Shown here in pieces: positions 18,613 to 29,474 of a DNA stretch of 64,000 bases. The stretch spans positions 6,446 to 70,445 of the forward strand of contig CAYZRY010000001.1 in the NCBI GenBank assembly GCA_964481005.1, read 5' to 3'. How positions within the stretch are numbered: the first letter of the stretch is position 1; every line of letters starts with the position of its first letter. The notes beneath the pieces are model-generated. The model did no database searches. It saw only the letters and a program-made list of their open reading frames with translations, and had not been told where the DNA came from. A program made the position numbers and the translations under genes. The DNA is from an uncultured Muribaculaceae bacterium. GTDB taxonomy: Bacteria; Bacillota_I; Bacilli_A; RF39; UBA660.

Positions 18613-18963
18613 ATGAATAAAATATTTGAAGTGGAATTAAAATACGTAGTTGATGGTCAGGTCCTTGACTCCGATGCTAAAAAAATTTTGGCACTAGTAA
18701 GTAAGTTTGGTTATGCGATTGAAATCTTTACAAAGAAGAAATACAAAGTACTAACAGATATCGAAGGTGCAAAAAACGGTGTATATGTCGCAAGTGAAGG
18801 AAAACTAATCGCTAATAGAATTGGTGAGAAAATTGATATTGATTCAAACGGTTTAGATATATTTAAAACTAAGTACGAAGAGTATCAAGAAAATCCTAAA
18901 GCTTACGCTAAATCAATCAGTTTAATCCCAGCTAAAGAACTTGTCAAAACAATAAAAAGATAA
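18613..18963 (+). CDS. Hypothetical small protein (116 aa)
   Basis: ORF with RBS AAGGAGGG. No recognisable motif. Confidence 0.55.
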   Translation: MNKIFEVELKYVVDGQVLDSDAKKILALVSKFGYAIEIFTKKKYKVLTDIEGAKNGVYVASEGKLIANRIGEKIDIDSNGLDIFKTKYEEYQENPKAYAKSISLIPAKELVKTIKR

Positions 18964-19023
18964 GTTCTTTTTTTGTTCGATACTTTAAATGAATAATTTG
19001 TGTTATATTATATGTGAGGAAAT

Positions 19024-21957
19024 ATGTATAGTAATTTATTTGTTAAGACAAATTATTCACTATTATCTAGTCTAGTTCAGATTGAAGAACTAGTTACTTT
19101 TGCGTTGCAAAATAATATTGGTTCACTAGTTGTTTGTGATGATAACTTAAATAGTTCGATGAACTTTTATAAAGCCTGTAAGGCCAAAGGAATCAATCCT
19201 GTCATTGGTCTTGATTTAAAGTATGCTGATGGGCATATACTTATGTATGCTAAAAACTATGAGGGATATTTAAACTTAGCTAAGTTAAGTACTATTTTAG
19301 AAAGCAGATCAGTTAACTTAGAAGATATAAAAACACATGCTAAAAATATCATTGCCGTACTTCCTGCTGACAGTTTGTTATACTTCGAAGAATTAGAGGC
19401 AATATTTGAAGATTTTTATCTTGGTTTTAAAGATAAAATTGAAGAACAAAAATTACTTAATTATAGTAATAATGTTGTCTTTATTAATGAGACTAGAACA
19501 CTAGAAGCCGGAGATCGTGAATATTTAAAATATTTATACATGATTAGAGATGGAAAGACTATTGCTGATGATTTTTATTACGATACGCTTGATAAACATT
19601 ATTTTAGTGATGATGAGGCAAGTAGTAAGTCTTCTAGCAAAGGACTTAGAAATTCTAAACTGATTGCTGATAGTTGCCATGTTGAAATGGTCAAAGATGA
19701 GCACTTGTTACCAGTTTTTGATAACAAACTAGGTGATAGTAATAAGTATCTTAAAGAACTTAGTATTAAAGGTTTAGAACTTAGGCTGAAGGGCAATGTC
19801 AGCAACGAATATAAAGAGCGTCTCTTACATGAACTTAGTGTCATTGAAAAGATGGGTTTTCCAGATTACTTTTTAATTACCTATGACTACATTAGATATG
19901 CTAAGAAAGAGGGTATACTGGTTGGTCCTGGCCGTGGTTCAGCTGGTGGTTCACTAGTTGCATACTGCCTAGGTATTACCGATATTGACCCACTTAAATA
20001 CAATTTATTATTTGAAAGATTTTTAAATATTGAAAGGGTAACAATGCCCGATATTGATACTGATTTTCCCGATAGTTATCGCGATCAAGTAATTGATTAT
20101 GTTACCAAAAAATATGGTGAGAAAAAAGTAGCAGGTATTATCACTTACGGTACTTTAGCAGCCAGGCAGGTCATTAGAGACTGTGGTAAAGTATTAAATG
20201 CTAGTACTAGACTAGTTGAAAAACTATGTCAGATTGTTCCAAGCAGCAACAGTAATAAATTGAGTTTTTATTATGCTAACGACAAGAACTTTAAAGACGT
20301 CATCGATAGTGATGAAAAGATGGGTCTACTTTATAAATTAGCCCAAAAATTTGAAGGCTATCCAAGACACACATCTATTCATGCTGCAGGTATTGTCATG
20401 AGTCGTAAAGATTTAGATGAAGTTCTTCCACTAGTTAAATCAAATGAAATGTATTTGACTGCTTATACCCTAAATTACCTTGAGGATATAGGTTTATTAA
20501 AAATGGATTTCTTAGGTATTAAGAATCTTACAACAATTATGAATATCATCGAAGAGATAAATAAAGAAGAGAAACTAAAGTTAAACTTTAATGATATTCC
20601 GCTTGAGTCAAGCGAAGTATTAGATCTCTTTTCAAGAGGAGATACACTTGGGGTTTTCCAGTTTGAAACGGATGGCATGAGAAAATTCTTAAAAAGTTTA
20701 AAACCATCTTCTTTTGAAGAGGTTGTCGATGCGATAGCTCTATTTAGACCAGGACCAAATGAAAATATTCCTTCATACATTGCTAGAAAAGAGGGAAGGG
20801 AAAAAGTAGAGTACTTAGATCCTTCACTTGAAAGCATTCTTAAAACAACTAAAGGAATAATTATCTACCAGGAACAAATTATGCAAATAGCCCATGATTT
20901 TGCTGGTTTCACGATGGCTGAAGCTGATATTTTGCGAGTAGCGATGAGTAAAAAGAAAAAAGATATACTTGCTTCCTACAGTAAGAAATTTATAAGTGGA
21001 GCAGTAGCCCTTGGTCATGATCAGAGCTTAGCGGAAAAGCTATACGAGCTGATTCAGAAGTTTGCGGGATACGGTTTTAATAAATCACATTCAGTTGCTT
21101 ATTCGATTATTGCTTTTAGAATGGCTTACTTAAAGACTCACTATCCTAAATATTTCTTTAGTAATTTACTATCTAGTACCCTTAGTAACAGTAAAAAGAC
21201 TAGTGAATATATAGCCGAAGCTAAAAGACTTGGTATCGAGGTTCTTCCTCCGGATATCCAGCTAAGTGGCAGCACTTACCTTGTTGAAGATGCTGGCATT
21301 CGTTTTCCGATATCAGCCATAAGTGGAATTGGCGCTATCACTGCTAGAAATATTAGCATTAAAGAAAAATACAAAGATATTTATGAAGCTTTCAGTCATT
21401 TAGCATCTAGTGGCGTTAACAAGAAGATGTTTGAAGACATGATATATGTTTCATGCTTTAAGTCTTTTGGTTTTAATAACCAAACACTTATTACTAATTT
21501 AGACAAGATGTTAAACTATGCTAATTTAGTCAAAGATTTAGATGAGTCATTGATTACTAAACCAGAAATTGATCAAAAAGAAGAGTATTCCAAAGAGTTT
21601 TTAATGACTAAAGAAAAAGAAATATTTGGCTTTTATTTGAGCAGTCATCCATCAGTTCAGTACAAAGAAAAATATCGTGCGATCGATCTTATCGATATTG
21701 AAAAGTTCTTCGATAAAGTTGTCGATTCAGTAATTCTAGTTGAATCTATCAAAGAGATTAAAACGAAGAAGGGTGATGCGATGAGTTTTGTTTTAGGTAG
21801 TGATGAAACATCTAGTGCCGATTACACATTGTTCCCAGAAAAGCACAGTCGCTTTGCAATAAAACAGGGCGATCTCTTGCTAGTCAAAGGAAAAGTAGAA
21901 AAGCGTCTGGATAAATATCAAATTATTGTTCAAAATATTAAAAAACTTAATGATTAA
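19024..21957 (+). CDS. dnaE: DNA polymerase III alpha subunit DnaE (977 aa)
   Basis: PHP-fold N-terminus and polymerase core (GFPDYFLI, LVGPGRGSAGGSLVAYCLGITDIDP, MPDIDTDF). OB-fold C-terminus. Confidence 0.9.
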   Translation: MYSNLFVKTNYSLLSSLVQIEELVTFALQNNIGSLVVCDDNLNSSMNFYKACKAKGINPVIGLDLKYADGHILMYAKNYEGYLNLAKLSTILESRSVNLEDIKTHAKNIIAVLPADSLLYFEELEAIFEDFYLGFKDKIEEQKLLNYSNNVVFINETRTLEAGDREYLKYLYMIRDGKTIADDFYYDTLDKHYFSDDEASSKSSSKGLRNSKLIADSCHVEMVKDEHLLPVFDNKLGDSNKYLKELSIKGLELRLKGNVSNEYKERLLHELSVIEKMGFPDYFLITYDYIRYAKKEGILVGPGRGSAGGSLVAYCLGITDIDPLKYNLLFERFLNIERVTMPDIDTDFPDSYRDQVIDYVTKKYGEKKVAGIITYGTLAARQVIRDCGKVLNASTRLVEKLCQIVPSSNSNKLSFYYANDKNFKDVIDSDEKMGLLYKLAQKFEGYPRHTSIHAAGIVMSRKDLDEVLPLVKSNEMYLTAYTLNYLEDIGLLKMDFLGIKNLTTIMNIIEEINKEEKLKLNFNDIPLESSEVLDLFSRGDTLGVFQFETDGMRKFLKSLKPSSFEEVVDAIALFRPGPNENIPSYIARKEGREKVEYLDPSLESILKTTKGIIIYQEQIMQIAHDFAGFTMAEADILRVAMSKKKKDILASYSKKFISGAVALGHDQSLAEKLYELIQKFAGYGFNKSHSVAYSIIAFRMAYLKTHYPKYFFSNLLSSTLSNSKKTSEYIAEAKRLGIEVLPPDIQLSGSTYLVEDAGIRFPISAISGIGAITARNISIKEKYKDIYEAFSHLASSGVNKKMFEDMIYVSCFKSFGFNNQTLITNLDKMLNYANLVKDLDESLITKPEIDQKEEYSKEFLMTKEKEIFGFYLSSHPSVQYKEKYRAIDLIDIEKFFDKVVDSVILVESIKEIKTKKGDAMSFVLGSDETSSADYTLFPEKHSRFAIKQGDLLLVKGKVEKRLDKYQIIVQNIKKLND

Positions 21958-22004
21958 GATTTTAAAATCTTTCTATTTATGATATATTTAATTATGAAAG
22001 AAGG

Positions 22005-22844
22005 ATGGTTATGAATATAAAGTTTATCGATAATGATTATTTGTTAGCATGGTACTTATTATTTAAACCATCTTTTTGTTCTGAGATGCAAAGTTTAAAG
22101 GAACGTGTTTGGAAAAATCACAATCAAATATATCTTCATATGGAAAGTGAAAATATTGAAATACTTAAATATGGTGAAGATTTTATCCCTGATGATAATA
22201 CTATTTATGATATAGTTTTTGATAGTGAAATCTTTGCTTTATTGAAAAAGGAAACGGAAAAGCATCGTAACTTTCTAATGGATGCTTGGGATAGCAAAAA
22301 GAAAGAGATTACCGAATCTTTTAAGAAGGTCTGTCGTATCAAGTTAGCTGATCAGTATAGCATTGTCGTTATTCATCCGCTTTTAGATAGTGTTGAATAT
22401 ATGAAATCAAATCCTATTAAGAGTATTGCTTGGGGTAAAAAAGATGATCGTGAAGATTCTTTTACAACTCTTATGCGTATTGTCTATACCGTTTTAAAAT
22501 ACGAAGTTGGAGATTTTCAAAAAGAAAATAGAGAGATGGTCTCAGCTATAATTGATATGGCCATTACTAATGAAGTAGCTACGCAAGTCTTAGAAGAAAC
22601 GCAGTACGAAAAGGGCTTCAAAAAACTAAAGTTACTACGTAAACAACTATACCCATATTGGCTTATGTATCTAGGAGCAGATAAAGAAAAGATGCTTAAT
22701 TATATGATGCGTGATAAAACTTCATTTGAACTAGATCAGTATCAGTTAGAGCCACAGCTAGCCAAAGTAGATATATATGGTTTTATAGATTTCTGCTGTA
22801 GAAATCAAAAATATATAATAAGATTAAACAATTTGAATAATTGA
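22005..22844 (+). CDS. Hypothetical protein (279 aa)
   Basis: ORF between dnaE and polC. No recognisable motif. Confidence 0.5.
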   Translation: MVMNIKFIDNDYLLAWYLLFKPSFCSEMQSLKERVWKNHNQIYLHMESENIEILKYGEDFIPDDNTIYDIVFDSEIFALLKKETEKHRNFLMDAWDSKKKEITESFKKVCRIKLADQYSIVVIHPLLDSVEYMKSNPIKSIAWGKKDDREDSFTTLMRIVYTVLKYEVGDFQKENREMVSAIIDMAITNEVATQVLEETQYEKGFKKLKLLRKQLYPYWLMYLGADKEKMLNYMMRDKTSFELDQYQLEPQLAKVDIYGFIDFCCRNQKYIIRLNNLNN

Positions 22845-22878
22845 TGGGGAAACCCATTTTTCTTCAGGGGAGGGAAAC

Positions 22879-25800
22879 ATGAGTGAACAACTAAAAATAG
22901 TACTTGAAAAATTGAATATAGACAAAATATATGAAGACGAATTTAGTGACGCTTCCTTTTCTGAGATTTCTTTAGATGAAAAGAAAAAGATTGTTAAAAT
23001 AACATTACAAAATAAAACAAATCTATCATGTGATTTGTATTTTGCTTTGAAAGAAAAACTTAAGACTTATTTCTCTGGTTATAAAGTACATCTAAGGGTC
23101 GAAGCTAAAGAAATAGAAAATAAGTTTTTTAAAGATTACTTTGATAAGTGTGTGGCAACTATTTCTCAAAAGAATCCACTCATCGATGTTTTTAGTGATC
23201 GTTTAATTAGTGAAGAAAATAATTTTTCGGTCGAAGTAATAAACAAAGCCGAAGAAAAACAAGTTTCAGCTTTTCTAAAAGACTTGAACAATCAAATGAA
23301 AATATATGGTTATACTCCAAATATTAAAATTGCTTTTAATGAAGAAAAGAGAACGCAGATTGTTGAAAATATCATCAATGATATGAAGGTCGAGGAAGCA
23401 CCGCTTATAAAAGAAACTAAGACGGAAAAGAAAACAGTTAGAAAAACTGCCAAAGATGACAGTGTTATTTTTGGTTATCCAATCAAAGAAGACGCTGTTC
23501 CAATACGTAGTATCATCGGTGAAGAAAACCGTATTACGATCGAAGGTTTAGTTTTTGGACAAGAAGACTTTGTTCCTCGAAGTAAAGAATTTAAAATTAT
23601 TACGTTAAAAGTAAGTGATGAAACAGATAGTATCTACTGTAAGATTTTCACTAGAAAAGACGAAGACTTTGACAATATTATGAGCAATACTAAAGTTGGT
23701 ACTTTTGTCAAATTACAAGGTCGTACTAAGTTTGATGATTTTAGTGGTGGAGAAATAGTTTTAAATGTTAATAACATTGCTAAAAGTGATAAAAAGAAAA
23801 CTAGTCGTGAAGATAAGTCACCAGAAAAACGTGTCGAATTACATGCTCATACGCAGATGAGTCAAATGGATGGAATAGTCAGTGCTAATGACTTAGTAAA
23901 TCAAGCATATAAATGGGGACATAGAGCTATCGCTATTACTGATAAAGATTCTTGTCAGTCTTTTCCTGATGTCTTTAAAACAATTAATAATATCAATAAA
24001 AAGATCGAAGATGAAAACGCAAAGTTTAAAGCACTATACGGGGTTGAATTAACATTGATCGAAGATAGTGTCAATATCGTTCAGCGTCCTAATGATACTA
24101 ATATGTTACTTGATCCTTTTGTTGTCTTTGACTTTGAAACAACAGGGTTTAATGCAGCAAGCGGGGACTCTATTATCGAAGTAGGAGCAGTCAAAATTGC
24201 CGAAGGAAAAATACTCGATAAGTTTTCGATGTTAATTGATCCTAAACGTCCACTTCCTGCTAAAATTACAGAGATTACTGGAATTACTCAAACTATGCTC
24301 GATGGACAAAAAGATGAAGAAGAAACAGTTAAGTTATTCCTCGAGTGGATAGGGGATCTTCCAGTTGTAGCCCACAATGCTAAATTTGACATGTCATTTT
24401 TAGAGATGGCTATTAAAAAATACAAGTTTGAAAAATTTAATAATCCTGTTATCGATACATTAGAGTTATCGAGACAATTAGATAAAGAATTTTCTCGTCA
24501 TGGACTATCAGCTCTTGTTAAAAGATATGAAGTTCCATTCGATGAGTCTTCTCATCACCGTGGTGATTACGACGCCGAAGCAACGGCACTAGTCTTCTAC
24601 CGCATGGCTCAAAAGTTATCTAATCAGGACATTCTATTACTTAGTGATTTAGATAAATTAATTAATATTGATGAGATATATAAATATGGTCGTTCATACC
24701 ATGTTAACTTAATTGCTAAAGACGAAGTAGGTCTTCGTAATATGTATAAATTAGTTTCACTTGCCAGTACTGATTATCTTCACCAAGGTAGTGCGAGAGT
24801 ATTACGTAGTGTGTTAAATGCTAATCGTGAGGGAATTCTCGTTGGTTCAGGATGCTATGCTTCAGAAGTTTTTGTCGAAGCTAGATCTAAAACTGAAGAA
24901 GAACTAAAAGATATTATAGCTTTTTATGACTATGTTGAAGTTCAACCACCAGAAGTCTACGATCATTTAATTCAAATGAGTGATTTTGAAAATGTTCAGG
25001 ATTTAAAACAACACATTCAAAAAATTATTCGTGTTGTCAAAGAAACAGATGCTTTAATAGTTGCTACTGGTGATGTTCATCACATGGAGAAAAATGATAA
25101 GATCTTCAGAGAAATAATTGTCAATCAAAAAGTACCAGGTGGAGGAAGACATACTTTAGCTAGATCTAATATAACTTCGATTCCTAGTACTCATTTTAGA
25201 ACAACTGATGAGATGCTAAGTGACTTTGCTTTTATTGAAGAACAGTTAAGAAATGAAATAATTATTACTAATCCTAATAAACTAGCCGATATGTGTAAGA
25301 TAATCGAAGTTATTCCTGATACTAAGGGAATACCATTTTCACCGATTATTGAAAACAGTCGAGAGACAACTAAGGAGTTAGTCTATAACAAAGCTCATCA
25401 AATATATGGTGAAACACTTCCTAAGATTGTTGAAGATAGAATTAGTGGAGAACTTGAAGGTATCTTTAAGGGTGGCTTTGATGTCATTTACTTAATTGCT
25501 CAAAAGCTTGTTAAAAAGAGTAATGATGATGGTTACCTAGTTGGATCTCGTGGTTCGGTGGGATCATCATTTGTTGCATATTTAATGGGAGTTTCGGAGG
25601 TTAATCCGATCGAAGCTCACTATGCTTGTCCGTCTTGTCAGCATTCTATTTTTGAAGAAGATGGCAAAATGTTGTCATTCACTTACTCAAGTGGATATGA
25701 CTTGCCAGAAAAGAAATGTCCTAAATGCGGAACAGTTATGAACCGTGATGGTCACGATATGCCGTTTGCGACTTTCCTTGGTTTTAAAGCTGATAAAGTT

Positions 25801-27240
25801 CCGGATATCGATTTGAACTTCTCTGGTGAATATCAGTGGAAAGCTCATGAATATACAAAGGAACTGTTTGGAATAGATAATGTCTTTAGAGCAGGTACTA
25901 CGGGAACAGTTGCTGATAAAACAGCTTATGGCTTTGTCAAAGGTTACTGTGAAGATAAAGGTATCGAAATGCGTCAAGCTGAGATAGAAAGATTAGCCGC
26001 TGGGGTAACCGGTGTCAAACGTACAACTGGTCAACATCCTGGAGGAATAGTCGTTGTTCCTAATTATAAAGAAATATATGACTTTACACCTTTCCAATAT
26101 CCAGCAGGTGATAAAAATTCACTTTGGCGTACAACTCACTTTGATTATCATGCTATCGAAGAATGTCTATTAAAACTAGATATACTTGGTCATGATGATC
26201 CGACTGTTTTAAAAATATTGCAGGATTTATCTGGTATCGATGTTACTAAACTTGATGTAGCAGATCCAAAAGTTATCAGTTTGTTTACTTCGACCGAAGC
26301 CCTTGGTGTTAAAGCAGATGATATCGATTGTGAAATTGGTGTCCTTGGACTGCCAGAGTTTGGAACAGATAATACTATCAACATGCTACTAGATACTAAA
26401 CCTAAAGATTTTGCCGGTCTTGTCAAAATTTCCGGACTATCTCATGGAACTGATGTTTGGGCAGGAAATGCTTCGGATTTAATCAAGAATGAAATAGTCA
26501 CATTCGACCAGGTAATTGGATGTCGTGATGATATCATGGTATACTTGATTAAACATGGCATGGATTCACTCGATGCTTTCAAGATTATGGAATTCGTCCG
26601 TAAAGGAAAAGCAAGTAAGGAAAAAGAAGAGTGGGCAAAGTGGACTGAAAAAATGCGAGCAAGTAAAATACCAGAGTGGTATATTGAATCTTGCCACAAA
26701 ATTAAATACATGTTCCCTAAAGCTCATGCTTGTGCCTATGTTATCAGTGCCTTGCGTATAGCTTGGTTCAAGGTCTATCATCCGCTTTGGTACTATGCAG
26801 CTTATTTCTCAGTAAGAACTACTGATTTTGATATTGAATCGATGATTAAAGGTTACAATGCTATCAAGATTAAAATAGCCGAGATAGCAGCCAAAGGCTA
26901 CGAAGCTAGCAATAAAGATGCTGGTATTCTTGTTGGACTTAGATGTGCTCAAGAAGCAACGGCTAGAGGAATTAAATTTGCACCAGTCAGTCTAGAAAAG
27001 AGTCATCCAAATCGTTTTGTCATCGAAAATGAAACAACTCTTATTCCATCGTTTAACACAATCGAAGGATTGGGTGTAACTGTTGCTAATGCAATAGCCG
27101 AAGAACGTGAGAAAAGACCGTTTATTAGTATCGAAGACTTACAAAAGAGAGCCAAAGTATCGAGCACACTACTTGAAAAAATGCGCCTTATGGGAATGCT
27201 CGACGGACTTCCTGAATCAAGTCAATTAAGTTTATTTTAA
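22879..27240 (+). CDS. polC: DNA polymerase III PolC-type (1453 aa)
   Basis: PHP motif ELHAHTQMSQMDG. DEDDh exonuclease FVVFDFETTGF. Zn-finger CPSCQH...CPKCG. Polymerase core. Confidence 0.95.
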   Translation: MSEQLKIVLEKLNIDKIYEDEFSDASFSEISLDEKKKIVKITLQNKTNLSCDLYFALKEKLKTYFSGYKVHLRVEAKEIENKFFKDYFDKCVATISQKNPLIDVFSDRLISEENNFSVEVINKAEEKQVSAFLKDLNNQMKIYGYTPNIKIAFNEEKRTQIVENIINDMKVEEAPLIKETKTEKKTVRKTAKDDSVIFGYPIKEDAVPIRSIIGEENRITIEGLVFGQEDFVPRSKEFKIITLKVSDETDSIYCKIFTRKDEDFDNIMSNTKVGTFVKLQGRTKFDDFSGGEIVLNVNNIAKSDKKKTSREDKSPEKRVELHAHTQMSQMDGIVSANDLVNQAYKWGHRAIAITDKDSCQSFPDVFKTINNINKKIEDENAKFKALYGVELTLIEDSVNIVQRPNDTNMLLDPFVVFDFETTGFNAASGDSIIEVGAVKIAEGKILDKFSMLIDPKRPLPAKITEITGITQTMLDGQKDEEETVKLFLEWIGDLPVVAHNAKFDMSFLEMAIKKYKFEKFNNPVIDTLELSRQLDKEFSRHGLSALVKRYEVPFDESSHHRGDYDAEATALVFYRMAQKLSNQDILLLSDLDKLINIDEIYKYGRSYHVNLIAKDEVGLRNMYKLVSLASTDYLHQGSARVLRSVLNANREGILVGSGCYASEVFVEARSKTEEELKDIIAFYDYVEVQPPEVYDHLIQMSDFENVQDLKQHIQKIIRVVKETDALIVATGDVHHMEKNDKIFREIIVNQKVPGGGRHTLARSNITSIPSTHFRTTDEMLSDFAFIEEQLRNEIIITNPNKLADMCKIIEVIPDTKGIPFSPIIENSRETTKELVYNKAHQIYGETLPKIVEDRISGELEGIFKGGFDVIYLIAQKLVKKSNDDGYLVGSRGSVGSSFVAYLMGVSEVNPIEAHYACPSCQHSIFEEDGKMLSFTYSSGYDLPEKKCPKCGTVMNRDGHDMPFATFLGFKADKVPDIDLNFSGEYQWKAHEYTKELFGIDNVFRAGTTGTVADKTAYGFVKGYCEDKGIEMRQAEIERLAAGVTGVKRTTGQHPGGIVVVPNYKEIYDFTPFQYPAGDKNSLWRTTHFDYHAIEECLLKLDILGHDDPTVLKILQDLSGIDVTKLDVADPKVISLFTSTEALGVKADDIDCEIGVLGLPEFGTDNTINMLLDTKPKDFAGLVKISGLSHGTDVWAGNASDLIKNEIVTFDQVIGCRDDIMVYLIKHGMDSLDAFKIMEFVRKGKASKEKEEWAKWTEKMRASKIPEWYIESCHKIKYMFPKAHACAYVISALRIAWFKVYHPLWYYAAYFSVRTTDFDIESMIKGYNAIKIKIAEIAAKGYEASNKDAGILVGLRCAQEATARGIKFAPVSLEKSHPNRFVIENETTLIPSFNTIEGLGVTVANAIAEEREKRPFISIEDLQKRAKVSSTLLEKMRLMGMLDGLPESSQLSLF

Positions 27241-27248
27241 GGAGTAGT

Positions 27249-27722
27249 ATGAAAAAGATATTATTGATTGTCATAATGATTTTTGTCGTTGCTTGTACCA
27301 AGCAAAATGTTTTCACGCCGTCACAAAACAAAGAAAAGATTAAACAAGTAGATTATTTTGAGTTTAATTTTGGTAGTGAAGACGAAGGTTTTTACGAATA
27401 CATTATCAAAGAAGATCAATATTATCGTCTAACAATTAGCACTAGTGGTAATGTTAAAACACATTACGCTATCGATAAATATATCAAAGAGAAAGATGTC
27501 AATGAACTTAGTAAATTAGTTCACGATTTATCTTTGATTAAATGGAATAACTATAATGAACGTGGTGGTAACGATGCAGCGGGAAAATCTTTCAACCTGC
27601 GCATCGCTTTTCGCGATAACTCATATATTGGAGCTAAAGGATTTATGAAGTTTCCAGATGACTATGAAGAAAAAAGTCAAAAAATAATTAAATTTTTAGA
27701 TAATTTAAGTAAAAAAGTATAA
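27249..27722 (+). CDS. Putative lipoprotein (157 aa)
   Basis: Signal peptide with lipobox MKKILLIVIMIFVVAC. Confidence 0.6.
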   Translation: MKKILLIVIMIFVVACTKQNVFTPSQNKEKIKQVDYFEFNFGSEDEGFYEYIIKEDQYYRLTISTSGNVKTHYAIDKYIKEKDVNELSKLVHDLSLIKWNNYNERGGNDAAGKSFNLRIAFRDNSYIGAKGFMKFPDDYEEKSQKIIKFLDNLSKKV

Positions 27723-27745
27723 TATATATTGATGAGGGCTTGTGT

Positions 27746-29473
27746 ATGGCAAATCAAGAGACCATTAATGAAATTAGATCGAAGATTGACTTAGTCGATT
27801 TTATCGGAGAATACGTACCTTTAGTTCAAAAAGGAAAGAACTATTTTGGGGTATGTCCTTTTCATAATGATACAAATCCTTCGCTTAGTGTCAGTCGTGA
27901 AAAACAAATTTACAAATGTTTCTCTTGTGGTGCAAGTGGTAACGTCTATACCTTTCTAATGGATTATGATCATATCGATTTTCCGACAGCCCTAAGTATC
28001 TTGGGACGTAAAGCAGGAGTCGATGTCGCTGACAATTCGGTGGGTCTTAAAACAAGTAAATATTCTAAGTATTATGAGATATATAATTTTGCTAGCAAGT
28101 ATTTTCAAAATAATTTAAATACCCCGTCTGGTTCAAGAGCTAGAGCTTATTTGAATAATCGTGGCATAGACGATGAAACAATCAAAGAGTTTGAAATAGG
28201 TTTATCTCTTAGCGAAAAAGATGCCCTAACTAAAATATTTAAAGATAAAGAATATAACTTAGTTGAACTAGAAAATATTGGTTTAATTGCTGATGGACAT
28301 GATATGTACATCAATCGTATTATGTTTCCACTATACGATCCAAGCGGCAATGCTGTCGGTTTTTCTGGTCGCATTTATGATGATAGTAAAGATAATAAAT
28401 ATGTTAATACCAAAGAGACGGTTATCTTTAAAAAGGGACAGTGTCTATACAATTATCATCAAGCCAAAGACCATGCTCGCAAAGAGCGACATGTCATTTT
28501 AGTCGAAGGATTCATGGACGTAATTAGACTTTCGACAATAGGTTACAAGAACGTTGTAGCCTTAATGGGTACAGCAATGACTAGTGAGCAAGTCAGTCTG
28601 TTAAAAAAACTATCACCTAATGTCTTACTTATGCTAGATGGTGATAACGCTGGACAAAATGCAAGTTTATCAATTGGTGAAATGCTCGAAAAAGAAAACG
28701 TCAATGTCAAAGTAGCTTTGCTTAAGGATGATGATGACCCTGATACTTTCATTGTCAAAAATGGCAAAGAACGTTTTAACTCACTTGTTGAATCAGCAAT
28801 TGATTTCTATGATTTCAAAGTAGCTAATATGCGTAAAGATGTCAATTTTGATAACGACATTTCCCTGGCTGCATATGTCGATAAAGTACTCAAGGAAAGT
28901 ATCTCAATAAACGATGAACTGCGCCTGGAGATAATCCTTAAAAAACTTGCAAAAGAATCGAATATAAGTTATAATACACTGGAAAAACGTTTGCAAGAAT
29001 ATAAAAAGAGTCAAAAACCTGAGACTAAAATAGTCGCTGAGCAGAAGACTAAAAAAGATAATCTTAGCAAATATGATAAAGCAGCATACGGACTTATACA
29101 TGCAATGTTAAACAGTGAAACTGCCATTGCTAAATACAAGAGTGCCAATGTGCAAATGACTAGTAAAGTTCTAAAGGGATTAGCCGATGAGATTTGTTAT
29201 TATCAAAATAAATTCGGGAATGTAAATGAAGCAGACTTTTACTCGTATTTGCAAAATCAAGATGATTTATTAGAAATGTATAATAAAGTAGTTGCAGAGA
29301 ATTTTGATTTTCCAATCACTGATCAATTGGTAGATGATTTAATCGGAGTAATTGATGAATATGTAAAGAGGCAAGAAGTATCACGCCTAAAGAAATTAAT
29401 TGAAGAAGAACAAGATCCGATTGAGAAGGCAAAAATCAGTGATAAGATAAGAAGATTGAGAATAGGGGAGTAG
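27746..29473 (+). CDS. dnaG: DNA primase DnaG
   Basis: Zinc ribbon [13 protein letters not shown]...CFSCGASGN. Toprim domain EGFMDV...DGDNAG. Track ORF starts at TTG 27740; ATG 27746 is preceded by GAGGG. Confidence 0.9.
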   Translation: MANQETINEIRSKIDLVDFIGEYVPLVQKGKNYFGVCPFHNDTNPSLSVSREKQIYKCFSCGASGNVYTFLMDYDHIDFPTALSILGRKAGVDVADNSVGLKTSKYSKYYEIYNFASKYFQNNLNTPSGSRARAYLNNRGIDDETIKEFEIGLSLSEKDALTKIFKDKEYNLVELENIGLIADGHDMYINRIMFPLYDPSGNAVGFSGRIYDDSKDNKYVNTKETVIFKKGQCLYNYHQAKDHARKERHVILVEGFMDVIRLSTIGYKNVVALMGTAMTSEQVSLLKKLSPNVLLMLDGDNAGQNASLSIGEMLEKENVNVKVALLKDDDDPDTFIVKNGKERFNSLVESAIDFYDFKVANMRKDVNFDNDISLAAYVDKVLKESISINDELRLEIILKKLAKESNISYNTLEKRLQEYKKSQKPETKIVAEQKTKKDNLSKYDKAAYGLIHAMLNSETAIAKYKSANVQMTSKVLKGLADEICYYQNKFGNVNEADFYSYLQNQDDLLEMYNKVVAENFDFPITDQLVDDLIGVIDEYVKRQEVSRLKKLIEEEQDPIEKAKISDKIRRLRIGE

Positions 29474-29474
29474 A

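Noticed and set aside
22841-22860. 15-nt exact repeat TGAATAATTGATGGG upstream of polC (22846) and upstream of greA (49201)
   Set aside because: The expected number of chance 15-mer matches in 64 kb of AT-rich DNA is about 1 to 2. There is no further extension of similarity. This is possibly coincidental rather than a shared operator.
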